This document shows positions 1 to 12,791 of a DNA stretch of 64,000 nt, one piece after another. Position numbers and translations under genes: made by a program. Under the pieces are notes generated by a model. It saw nothing but the letters and a program-made list of their open reading frames with translations, ran no database searches and was not told the origin of the DNA. Origin of the DNA: Sphagnum compactum (Eukaryota); the NCBI GenBank assembly GCA_965153455.1, contig OZ234493.1:34958213-35022212 (forward strand), given 5' to 3'. How positions within the stretch are numbered: position 1 is the first letter of the stretch; each line of letters opens with the position of its first letter.

Positions 1-366
1 TCAAGCACATCTTGATCTTGATTCTGTCTGTTAATTGGTCGTTGTCAAGAACCTTTCTTCTAACTGTTGTATTATGAACAACAATCTTCATCAAGCTGCT
101 GCTGCTGCTGCTGCATCTTGATGATTCTGGCTGTTGTTGGGTCATGAGTATCTATCTATCTATCTATCTTTGTTAATCTTAAGCAGATCAGCTTCTTTCT
201 GACTGGAATTTATAGGATCTTCCTGGAGGAGTGAGCACGTCAATGAGATTCTCATCATGTCTCACTGACTGTTTCTTTGGCTGATCTTTCTGTGTGTCTT
301 GTGATCTTTGGGGATGATGCTGATGATGATGGTGGTGGTGGTGGTGATGATGATGATGTACTACAG

Positions 367-675
367 GCTTTCCAGAGAGAAGTGGCATACCCGCTGACAG
401 ATGGGACTCCATATGGGCTGGATCTGTGCTTCGACATAGCGGGAGTGACCAACCCTACTGTGCCAGACATGACGTTCCACTTCCAAGGGGGAGCCAACTT
501 CTTGCTCCTGCCTGAGAACCTGTTTGCCATTGTTGATGCTTTGGACTCTGTCATGTGTATGGCGATGGCAGGCAGTGAAGGCTTCAGCATCATTGGCAAC
601 ATCCAGCAACAAGACCATTTGGTGATCTACGACCGAGTCGCTCAGAGGATTGGCTTTGCCAATGCCAATTGTTAA
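367..675 (+). CDS. Terminal exon of a nepenthesin/CDR1-like aspartic protease (pepsin-like A1 family, TAXi_C region); upstream exons lie outside the window
   Basis: CTACAG acceptor at 361-366, then AFQREVAYPLTDGTPYGLDLCF...VPDMTFHFQGGANFLLLPENLF...CMAM...SIIGNIQQQDHLVIYD...IGFANANC*. The LDLCF, P.MTFHF.GA and IIGNIQQQ..YD motifs are typical of the C-terminal lobe of plant A1 proteases. Confidence 0.9.
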   Translation, partial: AFQREVAYPLTDGTPYGLDLCFDIAGVTNPTVPDMTFHFQGGANFLLLPENLFAIVDALDSVMCMAMAGSEGFSIIGNIQQQDHLVIYDRVAQRIGFANANC

Positions 676-769
676 CCCCCAGGACTAAATGGCATTTCAC
701 CCACCAACTGACCTACCTACCTACCTACCTACCTACCTCCTTGGTTGAGCCTAAATCCGTTCAACTTTC

Positions 770-1180
770 ATCCACTCAGTTGAGTATGAATTTGTTCGAT
801 CCACTGACTTTCTTTCATCTGCTCACCTGGTTGGAGTCTGAATTCATTCAACCAACTTTCATCTGCTCATTTCGATTGTAGTCTGAATTTCATTCAGCCA
901 ATTTTTTTTCATCTGCTCCTTCAGTTGAATCTGAATTCAATCAGCCAACTTTTTCATCTGCTTGCTCATTCAGTTGAGTCTGAAATTCATTCAGCCCCAA
1001 CTTTTCCATCTGCTTGCTCATTTGGTTGAGTCTGAAATTCATTCGGCCCAACTTTTTCATCTGCTTGCTCATTTGGTCGAGTCTGAATTCATTCAGCCGA
1101 CTTTTTCATCTGCTCATTGGGTTGAGTCTGAATTCATTCAGCTGACATTTTCATCTGCTCATTCGGTTGAGTCTGAATTA
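770..1180. repeat. Degenerate tandem repeat, ~42-48 bp unit, about 9 copies, decaying into related units up to ~1500
   Basis: Recurrent unit TTTTCATCTGCTCATT(C/T/G)GGTTGAGTCTGAATTCATTCAGCCAAC; ORF 962..1363 is just its translation. Confidence 0.85.
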
Positions 1181-2799
1181 GGTTTTGAGCTGACGGGGCA
1201 GTGGACTGCCTGGTCGAGTTCAAATTTAGGGTTTGAGCTGACCTGGCAACCAGCTCAGCTGAGGCTGAAATTAATTAGACTGTTAAGGCTGATCTGGCGG
1301 TTGGTTAGTTGGTTGGTTGAGTGTGAATTGGACTTTGAGCTGACAACGAGGTGCTTTTGTTGAGTCCGAATTAGAATTTTAAGCTGATCTAGTCTGATCT
1401 AGTCCTCATTGGAGCTTTTACATTAGATTATAACCTGACCTGCTCAGTTGGGTCTGAATTGAACTTTAAGCTGGGTCTGGATTAAGCTTAAGTTGAGTGG
1501 TTGAGTGTGAGTTAGATTTAAGTTGGGTTACGAATAGACCAAGCTTTGAGCATTTAGAACATTTGAACAATTTAGAAACAATCACAAATTCTCTTCCCCC
1601 TGCTAGTTCATAAATTGTCATCATGTCCAATTTCACTCTTTTTTGTATTTTTCCCCTTAGTTTTGAGAAAATACATTCACTTATGAATCCATGTTCTATG
1701 TGAAGGTCACATGGATTTGAGAGATCTCTTAACCCTAACAAGCTTAGGGTGAAGGGGTGGATTCTCTCACCTCGGTGACAATTAACATGTATGTGCCATG
1801 ATTTTAGCTCTTTTTCTATAGGATGATGCACTTGGCAGTTTGTTCTGTCGAGATTTTGGGGTTGGTTTTGGTAGCCTCTTTGAACTATGAAACAAATGAC
1901 TCTACCAAATTTGCAACTTACACTAATCCAATTTCATTCACTTTGTGACTACACTCAATTTGGGAAATGAAACCAGTTCATTTGAACTAGTATAGCCTTT
2001 GTCGTTGACCCGAGTGTGAATTGATTACCCAACTAAAATTTGCCTTCCAAAATCATTTTTTGTAATTTATTTTGAATTTCCAAAAACCAAAAAAAAATCT
2101 ACTCAAAATTCAATTCTCTCTCCTGCACCTTAGGTCTAAAAATTTTCAAATCTAAAAAATCTCAAATCACCTTCATAAAATGTGCGGAAAACTTAATTTT
2201 GAAACTAAACAATTCTTTTATTTGAAAAAAATCATGTTCAACAGACACATTTTTTGGTCACTATTCCGAGTTTTCAAATCATCATCAGAAGATTATGTCA
2301 TATCAAATGATCGAGAAATTCACATAATCAGTCCCCCAGACCCAACGGTCATTCCATGTATGCATTCCTCTTGCATGTGTGTATGTAATGCAAGAATCAA
2401 AATTAATCAACGACCGACTTGCTTTGTTCTTGTATTTTATTTGTGCTTGATTTCTAAGGAATTGTAAGGGTTTAGAGGTTGAACATGTTTAGGGTTTAGG
2501 AGTTATGTGTCGATGAGGTTAAGAATGTGGTTCAAAGCTTGATGTGTTGTATATGCAATTCTTGCATGATCTCATAGGAGTGTGAGTATCCTTGCACTAT
2601 TCTAGAGTCATGTGAAGTCCATTATAGAAACATTTTGTTCATGGCATTAACCATGTCCTTAAACAATTGCTCTATCGAATGATTGTCCTCAAACAATTTT
2701 CTATCAACAATTTTTTATCATGTTCAACAAACACATGGTTATTATGTTAAGATTTATGGCTTCAATATGAGAAGCATGAAGTGTTCAACCCGGTGTGTT

Positions 2800-3360
2800 T
2801 CTTTTCAAGATTGTGATGTTCATGCATAAGATGAATGAACCAAATTTGGCTAAAAACAAAATATGAAAGTCAAAATTTTAAGATTTCCTTCTACATTTCT
2901 GGCTACATATTATAGCTTGATATGTAATCTGATGATTTTTATTTTTTTGAAATTTGGCAACTAGAAAACCCAACAAAAAAATTCCTTGATTTTAGCCATT
3001 TTGAAAAAATATATCATCAAATGGCAAAAAGAATTTAAGCCAAAAGAATTCTGAGTCAATCCCTGCCAGTGACACAATATCAATGTTTCTCTTGTAGTTT
3101 AAAATTTTGTGATGTAGCCCCAGTGGCTGATAGCCATAAGATGATTTAGCCAAATTTGGCTATAAACAAAATATGAAAATTTAAAAAAAAAGAAATTAAG
3201 CATTCTTCTATATTTTTGGGTTACCCAGCTAGTACCATGTATGCAAGATCTGGTGAATCTTTAAAGAATTAAAATGTTTGCCAAATTTGGTGGTCGATTA
3301 GAAACTCCAAAGTGTCCTCTCTCCTTTTTTTTTGGCACTTTTGAAAGGAAAAAAATTTGC
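2800..3360. mobile_element. Two adjacent same-orientation copies of a ~280-bp AT-rich dispersed MITE-like repeat (family A)
   Basis: Both contain TTGTGATGT...CCAAATTTGGCTA..AACAAAATATGAAA...TTCTA.ATTT.TGG.TAC, the same block as at 3621, 50832-51417 and 61389. Confidence 0.7.
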
Positions 3361-3620
3361 ATGAATAAAATAATAAGCGGCAACAACTTGCAAGTGACAA
3401 TTTGTTAAATATTCTGTCGTTTTGCTTACATGAGTATCAATCCCAAATCATTTGTCTGTGAAAAGTGTTTGCCTCACATGCATTTTACACTTGAAAACGT
3501 TGTAAATTGCATCATTGAACCTGACACGGTATATAATGAATTGGAAAACTGAGTTATGGCAATAATTGGGTAGTCGAGCAAGGGAAGAGAGTTCAAAGTT
3601 CAAATGAAGGTTTTCCACAA

Positions 3621-3925
3621 GCAGCCTTTTTTGTGTGGGTATGTATAGCCAAAAAGAAAAAAAAAATTTAGAAAAAAATTGCTGAGAAATGAATTTTTTT
3701 TGAGATTTTCAGTAGCCAGAATTCAACCAAATTTTAAGAAATTTTGTCAGATTTCTATACATGGTTCAAGAAGAGTAGTCGAAAACAAAGAATGATGTTT
3801 TTATTTTTTTTCATATTGATTGAGCTTGTAGCCAAATTTGGCTAAATCTTCCCATGGATGATTCCACTTTGACAACATCACGAAAATTTTGCGCAAAAAA
3901 AAGAGAAAAAAGAAACCCATTGCTG
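3621..3925. mobile_element. Family A MITE-like repeat, opposite orientation to the 2800-3360 copies
   Basis: GCAGCCTTTTTT...GTATAGCCAAAAAG...TCTATACATGGTTCAAG...GCTTGTAGCCAAATTTGGCTAAATCTT...CAACATCACGAAAA...A-rich end; colinear with 50832-51122. Confidence 0.75.
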
Positions 3926-4799
3926 TGCAGTTCTTTGTTTTGTGAAAACAAACTTTCAATTTTGGTTTTGACTAGAAATTTGGTTAGAAATTAAATGGGA
4001 GATTTCTGGAGTAAGTACAACACAAAACCCACCAACAATCATGGTTCAATAATGCATGAAACCCTAAAAGGCATACCAAAGTGTTGAAACCACACACCGT
4101 TTTTGCTTAGTCTTTTGGGACTTTCGAGGGAAGAAAGAATGGGTAGGCTAACCATGATTTATTTTTTACTACACCCATTATGTTGTGCCCGCCCTAGTGC
4201 ACGCTTTCAAGGAAGACGTACTATGAATATATATATGATTCCTCATCACTCATTCATGCTCCAAAAAAAACAAGCAATTTTGTGTGTGCATGTGCATGAT
4301 GATGGATAATAGCCTCTCTATGACCAAAACAAAATGTGCTCATACTTTTAAGTTCTCTTGATGTAGATTTGAGTGTAGGAAGCAAAAAGGAAAAAGACAA
4401 TCCTTACAACATATCTAACCCAAATCAAGATTTTTTTAAATATATATATAAATAAATAAATTTAATAATAATAATAATTTTAATTTTAAAAATACAAAAT
4501 ATATAATATATATATATAGGAAGCCACACATGAGCTTGTTCTTTTTTGGCAGGTCTACTGCATGTGAGCAGAACTCCACAAAGTACACCCAAAATTTAGA
4601 TAAATGGTTTTTTGGGTACCAACCAATGCAGAGAAAACCCTAACCCTAACCCTAAAATTTCACACATCTCGTGGTTGTTGGATAGGTATAAATTTTCTTT
4701 TGGGTTTCATGCATTTGAAAAAGTGGACGATTTTGGAATCATAGCTGAGGATTTTGATTTTCTTCTCTTTTGCCCAATTTTTCCCTTCTAATTGCCCTG

Positions 4800-5047
4800 A
4801 CAAGTGGACAAGTCGACTTTTTGCACAACATGAAAATTGGTGGAAACCGATGACAAGTGGACTTTTTGCACAACATGAAAATTGGTGGAAATAGGTGGAC
4901 AAGTCGACTTTTTATGTGGGTTTAGGGTTTTGGACAAGTGAATTTAGGGTTTAGGACGAGCGGGTTTAGGGTTTAGGACAAGTGGGTTTAGGGTTTAGGA
5001 CAAGTGAATTTAGGGTTTAGGACAAGTGGGTTTAGGGTTTTGGACAA
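4800..5047. repeat. Short direct duplication followed by a 22-bp tandem repeat containing the plant telomere motif (interstitial telomere-like)
   Basis: GACTTTTTGCACAACATGAAAATTGGTGGAAA twice, then about 6 copies of GGGTTTAGGGTTTAGGACAAGT; AAACCCTAACCCTAACCCTAAA nearby at ~4635. Confidence 0.8.
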
Positions 5048-8036
5048 CACAAAGATTTGGTAAAAATAGGTGGAAGAATTGATAGTAAAAAAAAAGCCTT
5101 CCGAGATGATGAAAACTTGTCAATCATCCATAAAAACAAAGCACCCCTTACCAAGGGGAAGAAAAAGGTGCAAGATGAAAGAACCCAAGTCCTTGCAAAC
5201 TAAGAATCCTTCAAAGAGGGGAAAGAAAAAATACAAGATGAAAAAACCCAAGTCTTGACAAACAAAGAATCCTCAAAAGAATGGGGATCGCTAGGGGAAC
5301 GGGGGAACAAATCAAGTACCCAAAGGTTAAGTGACTTATTTAGGCTACCTACCCTTCATATCTATGGGTGGGTGGGAAGGAGACTTTTAGGGTTTAGGGC
5401 CTAGGGATCATTTTGAAGGATGGGATGGAGGGTTTAGTAAGGTGTATGGTTTTAGAAACTCTTGGGAACTTTGGGGGTTTATTTAGGTCTAAGGAACATT
5501 TTGGTTCATAATTTTTTTAATGGTTTATAAACTTTTTGATTTTTTTTTTGGAAACTTTTAGTTTGAAATTGTTAAAAAAAAATATTTATAGAATTTTATA
5601 TTTTATTTTGAAAACTAGTTAGTATGCTCAAATCTCTAGCTTACTTGAAATTTGCAAATTTTGACCTTGTTGTGTTTTTGTGGGCCTAGGCCATTAATAA
5701 ATAGTCTATACAAACCTTGGAAGGTTTGCTCAAGGTCTTAAAAAGTCTACCCCAAGTGTTAGAGGGTTTGCTTAGGTGTTATGGGGTCTATGTAGGTTCT
5801 TTGGGTCCATATAGCATTAACAAAAGGGTCTTAGTGAGACTACTTAAGTCTTAAAGGGATCCGTCGAGGTCTTAGGAGGAGGGGGGGGGGGGGGGGGGGT
5901 CTATTGAGGGGTATTAAAAGGTATGAAAGGGTTTGTTTACCCAACTTCCAAAGGGTATGTGTAGGTCTTAGGGAGTCTATGTAAGGTCTTAGGGTTTGTC
6001 TTAGGTTTTGGAAGGTCATCGAAAAGGTTTGTCTAAGGGTCGTAAGGTTTGTCTATGGTTTTAAAAAGGTCTTAGAGGGTTTGTTTTGGGTCTGTCTAAA
6101 GGCCTTAGGGTGTCTGTTTAGGGTCTGTTTAGGGTCCTAATGTCTGTCTAGGGTGTTAGAGGGTTTTCTTTTCCTTTTTCTTTTTTTCCTTTTTTTGGGG
6201 TTGGGGGGGATGGGGGTTGGGTTTAAAAAGATGGCTTCAATAATGATGCTATTTTAGTACTGTCTTCTTTTGGCTCTTAAAGATGACTTCTTTGTTGACT
6301 AGGTTAGAACTTAGAACTTAGGAGTAGGTTTTTTTTTTTTTTTAATTAAATAATTTAATAATTTAATTTATTAAATTTAATTTAAAAAAATTAATATAAA
6401 AATTGTGAATCAAAATTTTGGCAAAAATATTTTCCCCAAAAATGAGCAAAACTAGGCTAAGCTAGTCCAATTTACACAATAGGGAGGGGAAAAAAAATTC
6501 TCCAAAATTTTCCCAATTTCTTTTCTCTATAAAAACCACAAAATTTGTTTGGAAAAAAAATCACTAGTTAGGAGTGTTGTAAACTGTAAACGTTATTTTT
6601 TTGCATTTTTAGTAGACGGAAAAACCCCCCAAATTTCATTCATTCATTCATCCATTACCTATGTATGCCCCAGTCCACTTTGGTCGCCCCAGTCCACTTT
6701 GTTCACCCTAGTCCCACTTTGGTCACCACTTTTGGTTAAGAGTGCAAACCTTTTCTTTTGCATTTAAACAGACAGAAAATCCACCCAAAATGAATTCATT
6801 CATCCATTCGTGACCTTCGTGCTCTACAGTCCACTTTGGTCGACCCGGTCCACTTTCGTACCCACTAGAACCCCTCCGTCGGCTTCTTTCCAACGCGGGG
6901 TCCGGTTAGTGCGCGTGACGGGAAAGTGCAGAAGCCGGGCCTCGCTCCCTCGCTCGCTCGCTGCCTCCCTCCCTTCGCTTGCTCGATTTTGAGCTCGCGC
7001 GGCTAGAGAGATGGCGAATGCCACAAGGGGTGTGCTCATCTTCTTCTTCCGATGAATCTCTTGTTTGCAGATCTGAGAAAGAGCGTGACAGCATCTCAAA
7101 AATCCAAACACCTTCGTCAGCTTTCCTGCATCAACCAGCTGCTTCTCGCTTACAACGTAAGTAGTAGATCCCAACTCGAAGAACCCAGTAGAGAATGTAA
7201 CACACTAGTCTCAGTAAATCCTGTAGCTGAATCTGTTGCTATTCAACATCCTCGTTGCTGATCCCATGCTTACTTTTCCCTGTTCTGGCAGACACGGCCG
7301 GCTTTTGTAGAAAGCCAAAAAAGGAAGTAGTAATAGAAGAAGAAGAAGAAGAAGGGGAAAAAAAGACACAAGGTTGGATTGTATTTGGGTTGCTGTTGTT
7401 GTTGTTGTTGTTGTTGTTTTTTTTTTGGTGAGGGTGTTGGGTTTGGCTTGGTGTTGTTGCTGTTTTCCAAGGCAAATAAATCCTTTGGGTTTTAGAGTTT
7501 CTGTGTTTTTTTTGCCCCTTTGCCTTGATGGATTTGATTCATGGGTACTTAGCCGTTTGTTTGTCAGTTTTTGGCGCTTGGGAGGAGATTTTTTGCATTG
7601 CTTGCTTTCTCTCTAGATTTTGAAACATTCCTTCTTCAACTTTGTATGCAAGCTGCTTTGATCCTGATCTGTGATCTCTCGTGGGTTTTGATCTTCTTCT
7701 TCTTCCTTTTTTTTCTTTGTTTTTGGAATGTGTTTTTCAGCAGTGTTGATGACAGCTTGCCTCGGATTGCGTGGTGAGAGGAAAGACCAAGGTTTTTTTC
7801 TATCTATACATGGGTGTTGCTTTGGAGCAAAGTCTTCTTCGGATTGGATGCTTCTCATGAGAGCTTGAATGGAATGGCAACGTTGCGCAAGAAGAGATGG
7901 ATCAGCAGCATCAGCTGCCTAGGGTTTCTTCTGCTGCTTTGATGCGAGTTTCAAAGACAAAATTCCTTGTGCAGCAACAGCCTTTTCAGTGCAGCAGCAG
8001 CAGCGAGGAGTTGGAGTTGTCTTCTTCTTCTCTACG

Positions 8037-11000
8037 ATGATGACGAGCTCAACGGACAGAGTCTCGATCATGCGGGAAGCGGAAAGAGCGAAGCTCATGA
8101 TGGCAGAAGACGATGCAGCAGCAGCAGCAGCAGCTCCTCCTTCTTCTCATTCAGCTGTGTATATTCCCCTGCAATCACAAGATCTCCATAGCCAAACTGC
8201 AGCAGCAGAACAACAACAACAACTGTCTGCTGCTGCACCTGCAAATTTCAAACCTACTCCTTCGCGACCCGTCTCTGGTCCTTACGTCTCTCTAGCCTCC
8301 TCTGACTATCCTTCCCGCAACTTCAATGGGCAGCAAATCAAATCCTTGGACGAAGTTCCCTTGGTGGTTTTAGGTCACACTCAGGACGAAGAAGAAGAAG
8401 AAGAAGATCCTGCTCCTGATCATCATCATCCTTCTTCTTCTTCTTCTTCTTCTTTTGGTCCTTTTTCACCCAAGAAGAAAACAGCTCCAGGCTCTTCAGG
8501 CTCTTCTTCTTCCTTTGGTTACAGACAGCGCAGTGGCTGGTCTTCATGCTCCATTGGGTCTGCAAGTGTCATTCTGTTGATTGTATTGAGCTTGGTTGTG
8601 GGAATTCCCATTGCCATCATTGCCAGGAGAGCATCCACTGAAGCACAGGAGCATGATGCATCTTGGGTGGATCCAAATGCAACACAGCATCGAACTGCCT
8701 TCCATTTTCAGCCAGACCAAAATTGGATGAATGGTCAGTCTCTCTTGCCCTCTCTTGCTCTGTGTGTGTGTGTCTGTGTCTGTCTCTCTGAGTCTCTGGG
8801 TCTCTCTCTGTCTTTCCATTTCCATGTATCTTCCAAGAGTTTGTGCAAGTGAGGAAGCCTGGGAAGAGTTTTGAAAAACAATGAAACCCAAAATTCATTG
8901 TGGCAGGATTTGACAAGAGAAGAGAAAATGTGAAAGCCATGTTTGAGGCAGAGAAAATCATAAAGAAGACCTCCCTTGAGATCCTAAAATATCTGTTTCT
9001 TTGAATGGAAATTTTTAAAAAATAAATAAATAAAATCCTGAAGCCTAGAATTTTAATTTTTTTCTGAACAAACAAGCTCAAGAAACTATTTTGGTTTCTA
9101 GATTAGTGATGGTCGTGTACTCTCCTCTTGGTTCACAGTCCCATGTTCTCTTTAGGTATATGTTTGATTTGTAGCACCTTCAGAAATCCCTTCCATCTTC
9201 ATCAGTCTGTGAAGGGTTACGCTCTGCTACTAGGTACTTGGCCTAGAGTGTATACTAAGTTGTTTTGTTCATGTGGGTGAGATGGAGAGAGAATTTGTTT
9301 TCTGTTCCATATTTCTTAGACTCTGTGAGCCTTTGTAGAATTTCTTGATATGGTTCTTTTGCTGCTAACCCATCATTCAAGACTCTGAAGAGACAAAAGA
9401 GTTGGTGAAAGCAAAATGGTGGTTTCCTGTGAATCTTTTGGGAATCTGATTTGGGAACTTTGGCTGATTGGGGGGTGGCAACGGGAAAATCACTCAAATG
9501 GTTGTCATGGATCAAACAAATAGATCCAAATGGTCAGTAATCATTCACAACCCTTGTACCCTTTTTCCTGGCTACTCTTGCATGCAAAAACATGGGCTCC
9601 ATTTTGCAAAAACAGAGCCTGACATTTCCCCAACTTTGCAGCAAACTCAGAATTTGAGATTTAACTACTTCTGCTTTCCTGCTTATCTGATATGATGTTC
9701 AAGTCAGATTGGGTTTGTATACAAGCAGTCATTGATTTGAGAAGGGAGAAATATGTGTGGTTTGATATTGAGCAAAGTTCAATTTGCCAGGTACTATGCA
9801 GAAATCAAATTGAAGAGAAACTAAATGGCATACATAGGAACATGGGAGATGTATCTTTTCCTGAACTTCTTTCTCTTTTTTGTTTGTCATTCACAGGTCC
9901 AATGTATTATATGGGTTTCTATCATCTTTTCTACCAGTACAATCCTCTAGGACCAACCTGGGGGAGGATAGTGTGGGGCCATGCTGTTTCCACAGATCTT
10001 ATTCATTGGCAGCATTTAGAGATAGCCTTGGATGCCGATCACTGGTACGATGAGAAGGGCGTTTGGTCAGGTTCAGGCTCCTTCTTGGAAGATGGCACTC
10101 CCGTATTGATTTACACGGGTTGGTCAAACACTTCCACTCAGACTCAGAACATGGCTCTCCCTGCTAATAAATCTGATCCTCTTCTTCAACAATGGGTTAA
10201 GGTTAGCATAACTCTTGGACATTTTTTTGGCATTTTTTTCTTCTTCCTCTTTTCCTCTCAAAGTAGTGAGTAGATATACGTTCTAAATTATATATGTTGT
10301 AAATTATATATATTTTATTTCTTATGTGACTAAGGAAGAGAGGGTCACAAGGTTTATTAAGGGGGGGTGATGTGATTGTTGTTCTTGCTTTCTCGTTTTG
10401 AAGGTTCCCCAAAATCCAATTGCTGTGGCTCCTCCAGGATTCAGTAGTGATAAATTTCGGGATCCCACAACTGCTTGGAAAGGCCCAGACGGAGAATGGA
10501 GAATTTTAGTGGGTTCGAGTGAAGGTGAAGATAATAGAGATGGAACTGCTCTCTTGTACAAGAGCAAAAACTTTTCCACCTGGCAATTTTCCCAGCCCTT
10601 GCACTCTGTGAATGGCACAGGCATGTGGGAATGCCCAGATTTTTTTCCTGTGCGACTCTCTGGAAAGTTGGGAGTAGAACCATCATCACTTGGGCCTGGC
10701 GTGAAACACGTTCTTAAAATCAGCTCTGAGGATAAAAAGCATGACTATTATGTGGTTGGGAATTACTCGATTGAGACTGATACTTTTGTCCCAGACAGCC
10801 CTCAGCTGGACGCTGGTCTTGGACTCCGCTATGATTATGGCAAACTCTATGCATCCAAAACTTTCTTTGATCAGTTTACCAATCGCCGTATCAATTTTGG
10901 CTGGATCAATGAGTCCGACAGTGAGGAAGCAGATGTCAGTAAGGGATGGGCTTCGATCATGGTACTATCTCAAAGCATGCACCTGTACCTTTGGGTTTTC

Positions 11001-12254
11001 TGTTCCTGGTGCTTATGTTTTATACCTGGTTATGTAGAAGAGAAGGACTGCTTATTATTATGACCTTGTGCACAACACATGCTACAGAATATTTATATGA
11101 TGGCTTGGGTGCAGGGGATACCAAGAAAGATTTGGTTGGATGTGAATGCCCCAACCGATTTGTTACAATGGCCAGTGGAGGAAGTGGAAAAGCTCCGAAT
11201 CAGCAATGTTTCACGGGAAAATTTTACGTTGGGTGCAGGTTCAGTTGTGCCACTGGAAGGTGTAATAGGTGTTCAGGTGTGAGAAAGACCTGTGCTGGAC
11301 TCTAAAAAACCCAGTTTCAAGTATATAATAACTCAGTGTTTTCCAACTTAGTTTCTTGTCTGCTTATTTTTACGAGTGATTTTTTTCCTGGGTAACGGAT
11401 GAAATCATGCTGCAAAGAAGATTCCTAGAGCAATTATGAAAACCACAATTTATTCTGTTCTGTATGATCCCATTCCCTCACTGAACACATTTTCACTTGT
11501 TGGATGTTTGTGTAGCTTGATATAGAAGTATCATTTGAATTGCCAGACATGGGTCAAGCACCCACACCGACTGAACTTCTTGCAGAATCAGGGCAATCAG
11601 TTTGCAAGAGAACTGGAGCTGAATTAAACGTTCTTGGGCCATTTGGACTCCTAGTGTTGGCAACAGATGATCTTCTGGAACAAACGGCTGTCTATTTTCA
11701 GTTTGTGCAATCTAAAGAAGGTTGGAGAACTCTATTTTGTAGTGACCAGAGCCAATCATCTTTGGACCCTTATGTGGACACAACTACTTATGGCACCTAT
11801 GTTCGTGTCTCTGAGTTTGATCCGCTTCTGTCCTTGCGTATCCTGGTAAGTCTCACATCATGAACATTAGAAGTGCCTCATGGAGAAAGATTAGAGCAAT
11901 TACTAAAATCTTTAATTGGGTATTTTGTTGGCTTGCAAATACATAATACATTTTGTGTTTATACCCTAAACCCTAAACCCAACCAAAACAAGGATATTTG
12001 CCTGACAATAGATTTGTCTAGGAGGAAAAAAGTTTGTTAATGTGCAAGGCTTGGGGTGACTGCAGGTGGATCACTCGGTTGTGGAAAGCTTTGCACAAGG
12101 AGGCAGAGCAGTTATCACTTCTCGGGTATATCCGAAACATGCCTTAGATAGTTCTGCACGCATATTTTTGTTCAATAATGGTACACAGAACATCACAACC
12201 CACCATATCAACGTTTGGAATATGAATGGCGTGAAAATTACCAATTTCAATTAG
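8037..12254 (+). CDS. GH32 acid beta-fructofuranosidase (membrane-anchored vacuolar-type invertase or fructan-active enzyme). Exons: 8037-8733, 9524-9532, 9897-10201, 10404-10961, 11115-11276, 11516-11845, 12066-12254
   Basis: All GT-AG junctions are in phase. The spliced protein has [55 protein letters not shown] and [16 protein letters not shown] long N-terminal tail precedes a single hydrophobic TM segment ([19 protein letters not shown]). Confidence 0.95.
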
Positions 12255-12791
12255 GCAATCCCTTTCAATCGCTCAAATTGAGCTAAGGTATAATATAGGA
12301 CACAAGATTGGGTTAACAAAGTATACTTGCATTTTTATCTGCTGAACTTTCCCATCCCACCAGTTACTATTTTGTTAGTCAATGTATCTTCCAGGAATGG
12401 AGGGCAGATATGCTATGCAGTTGGCTTTTTAGCTTTGGTATACAGGAAAGGATATCTCTTTCAACTTCTAGGAATCATTAAATGGAGCTGGTATTTTAGC
12501 ATATTTATAGGTGCAGTGTACATGTAAAAAGTGTGCAAGGCCAAAATGTTAGTGTAATTTTTTTAAAGGAATTATATGCCTTTTCAGGACCCTTTCTAGT
12601 CTCTTGCCTTTTATTTTGGATAAACTCAGGCAATGCTCCAGATGAAGTTGCTGAGGAATCGTCCCAAGTCCTGTTCGGGGAAGCTAAGAACCCTCACCTA
12701 GGTATTTGTTGGGGAATTACAGTCATTCACAGTAGAGTTGCTTTGAGTCATGGCATGTTTCCAGCTTTGGGAGAAGAACACCGGTAATGGC

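Noticed and set aside
188-602. Poly-His/poly-Pro ORFs on the minus strand, and similar low-complexity ORFs at 7239-7616
   Set aside because: They are translations of GAT/GGT/GTT microsatellites, intronic or antisense to real genes.
770-1180. CRISPR-like appearance of regularly spaced repeats (also 48241-48560, 51810-52230, 62280-62660)
   Set aside because: The whole unit repeats, so there are no unique spacers; there are no cas genes; and the context is eukaryotic and intron-containing.
4634-5047. True telomere or chromosome-fusion scar
   Set aside because: TTTAGGG occurs only as 1-3-copy motifs embedded in other repeats and is scattered throughout the window.
5875-5900. Long G homopolymer / G-quadruplex candidate
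   Set aside because: It lies in degenerate repeat DNA, homopolymer length is unreliable, and there is no functional context.
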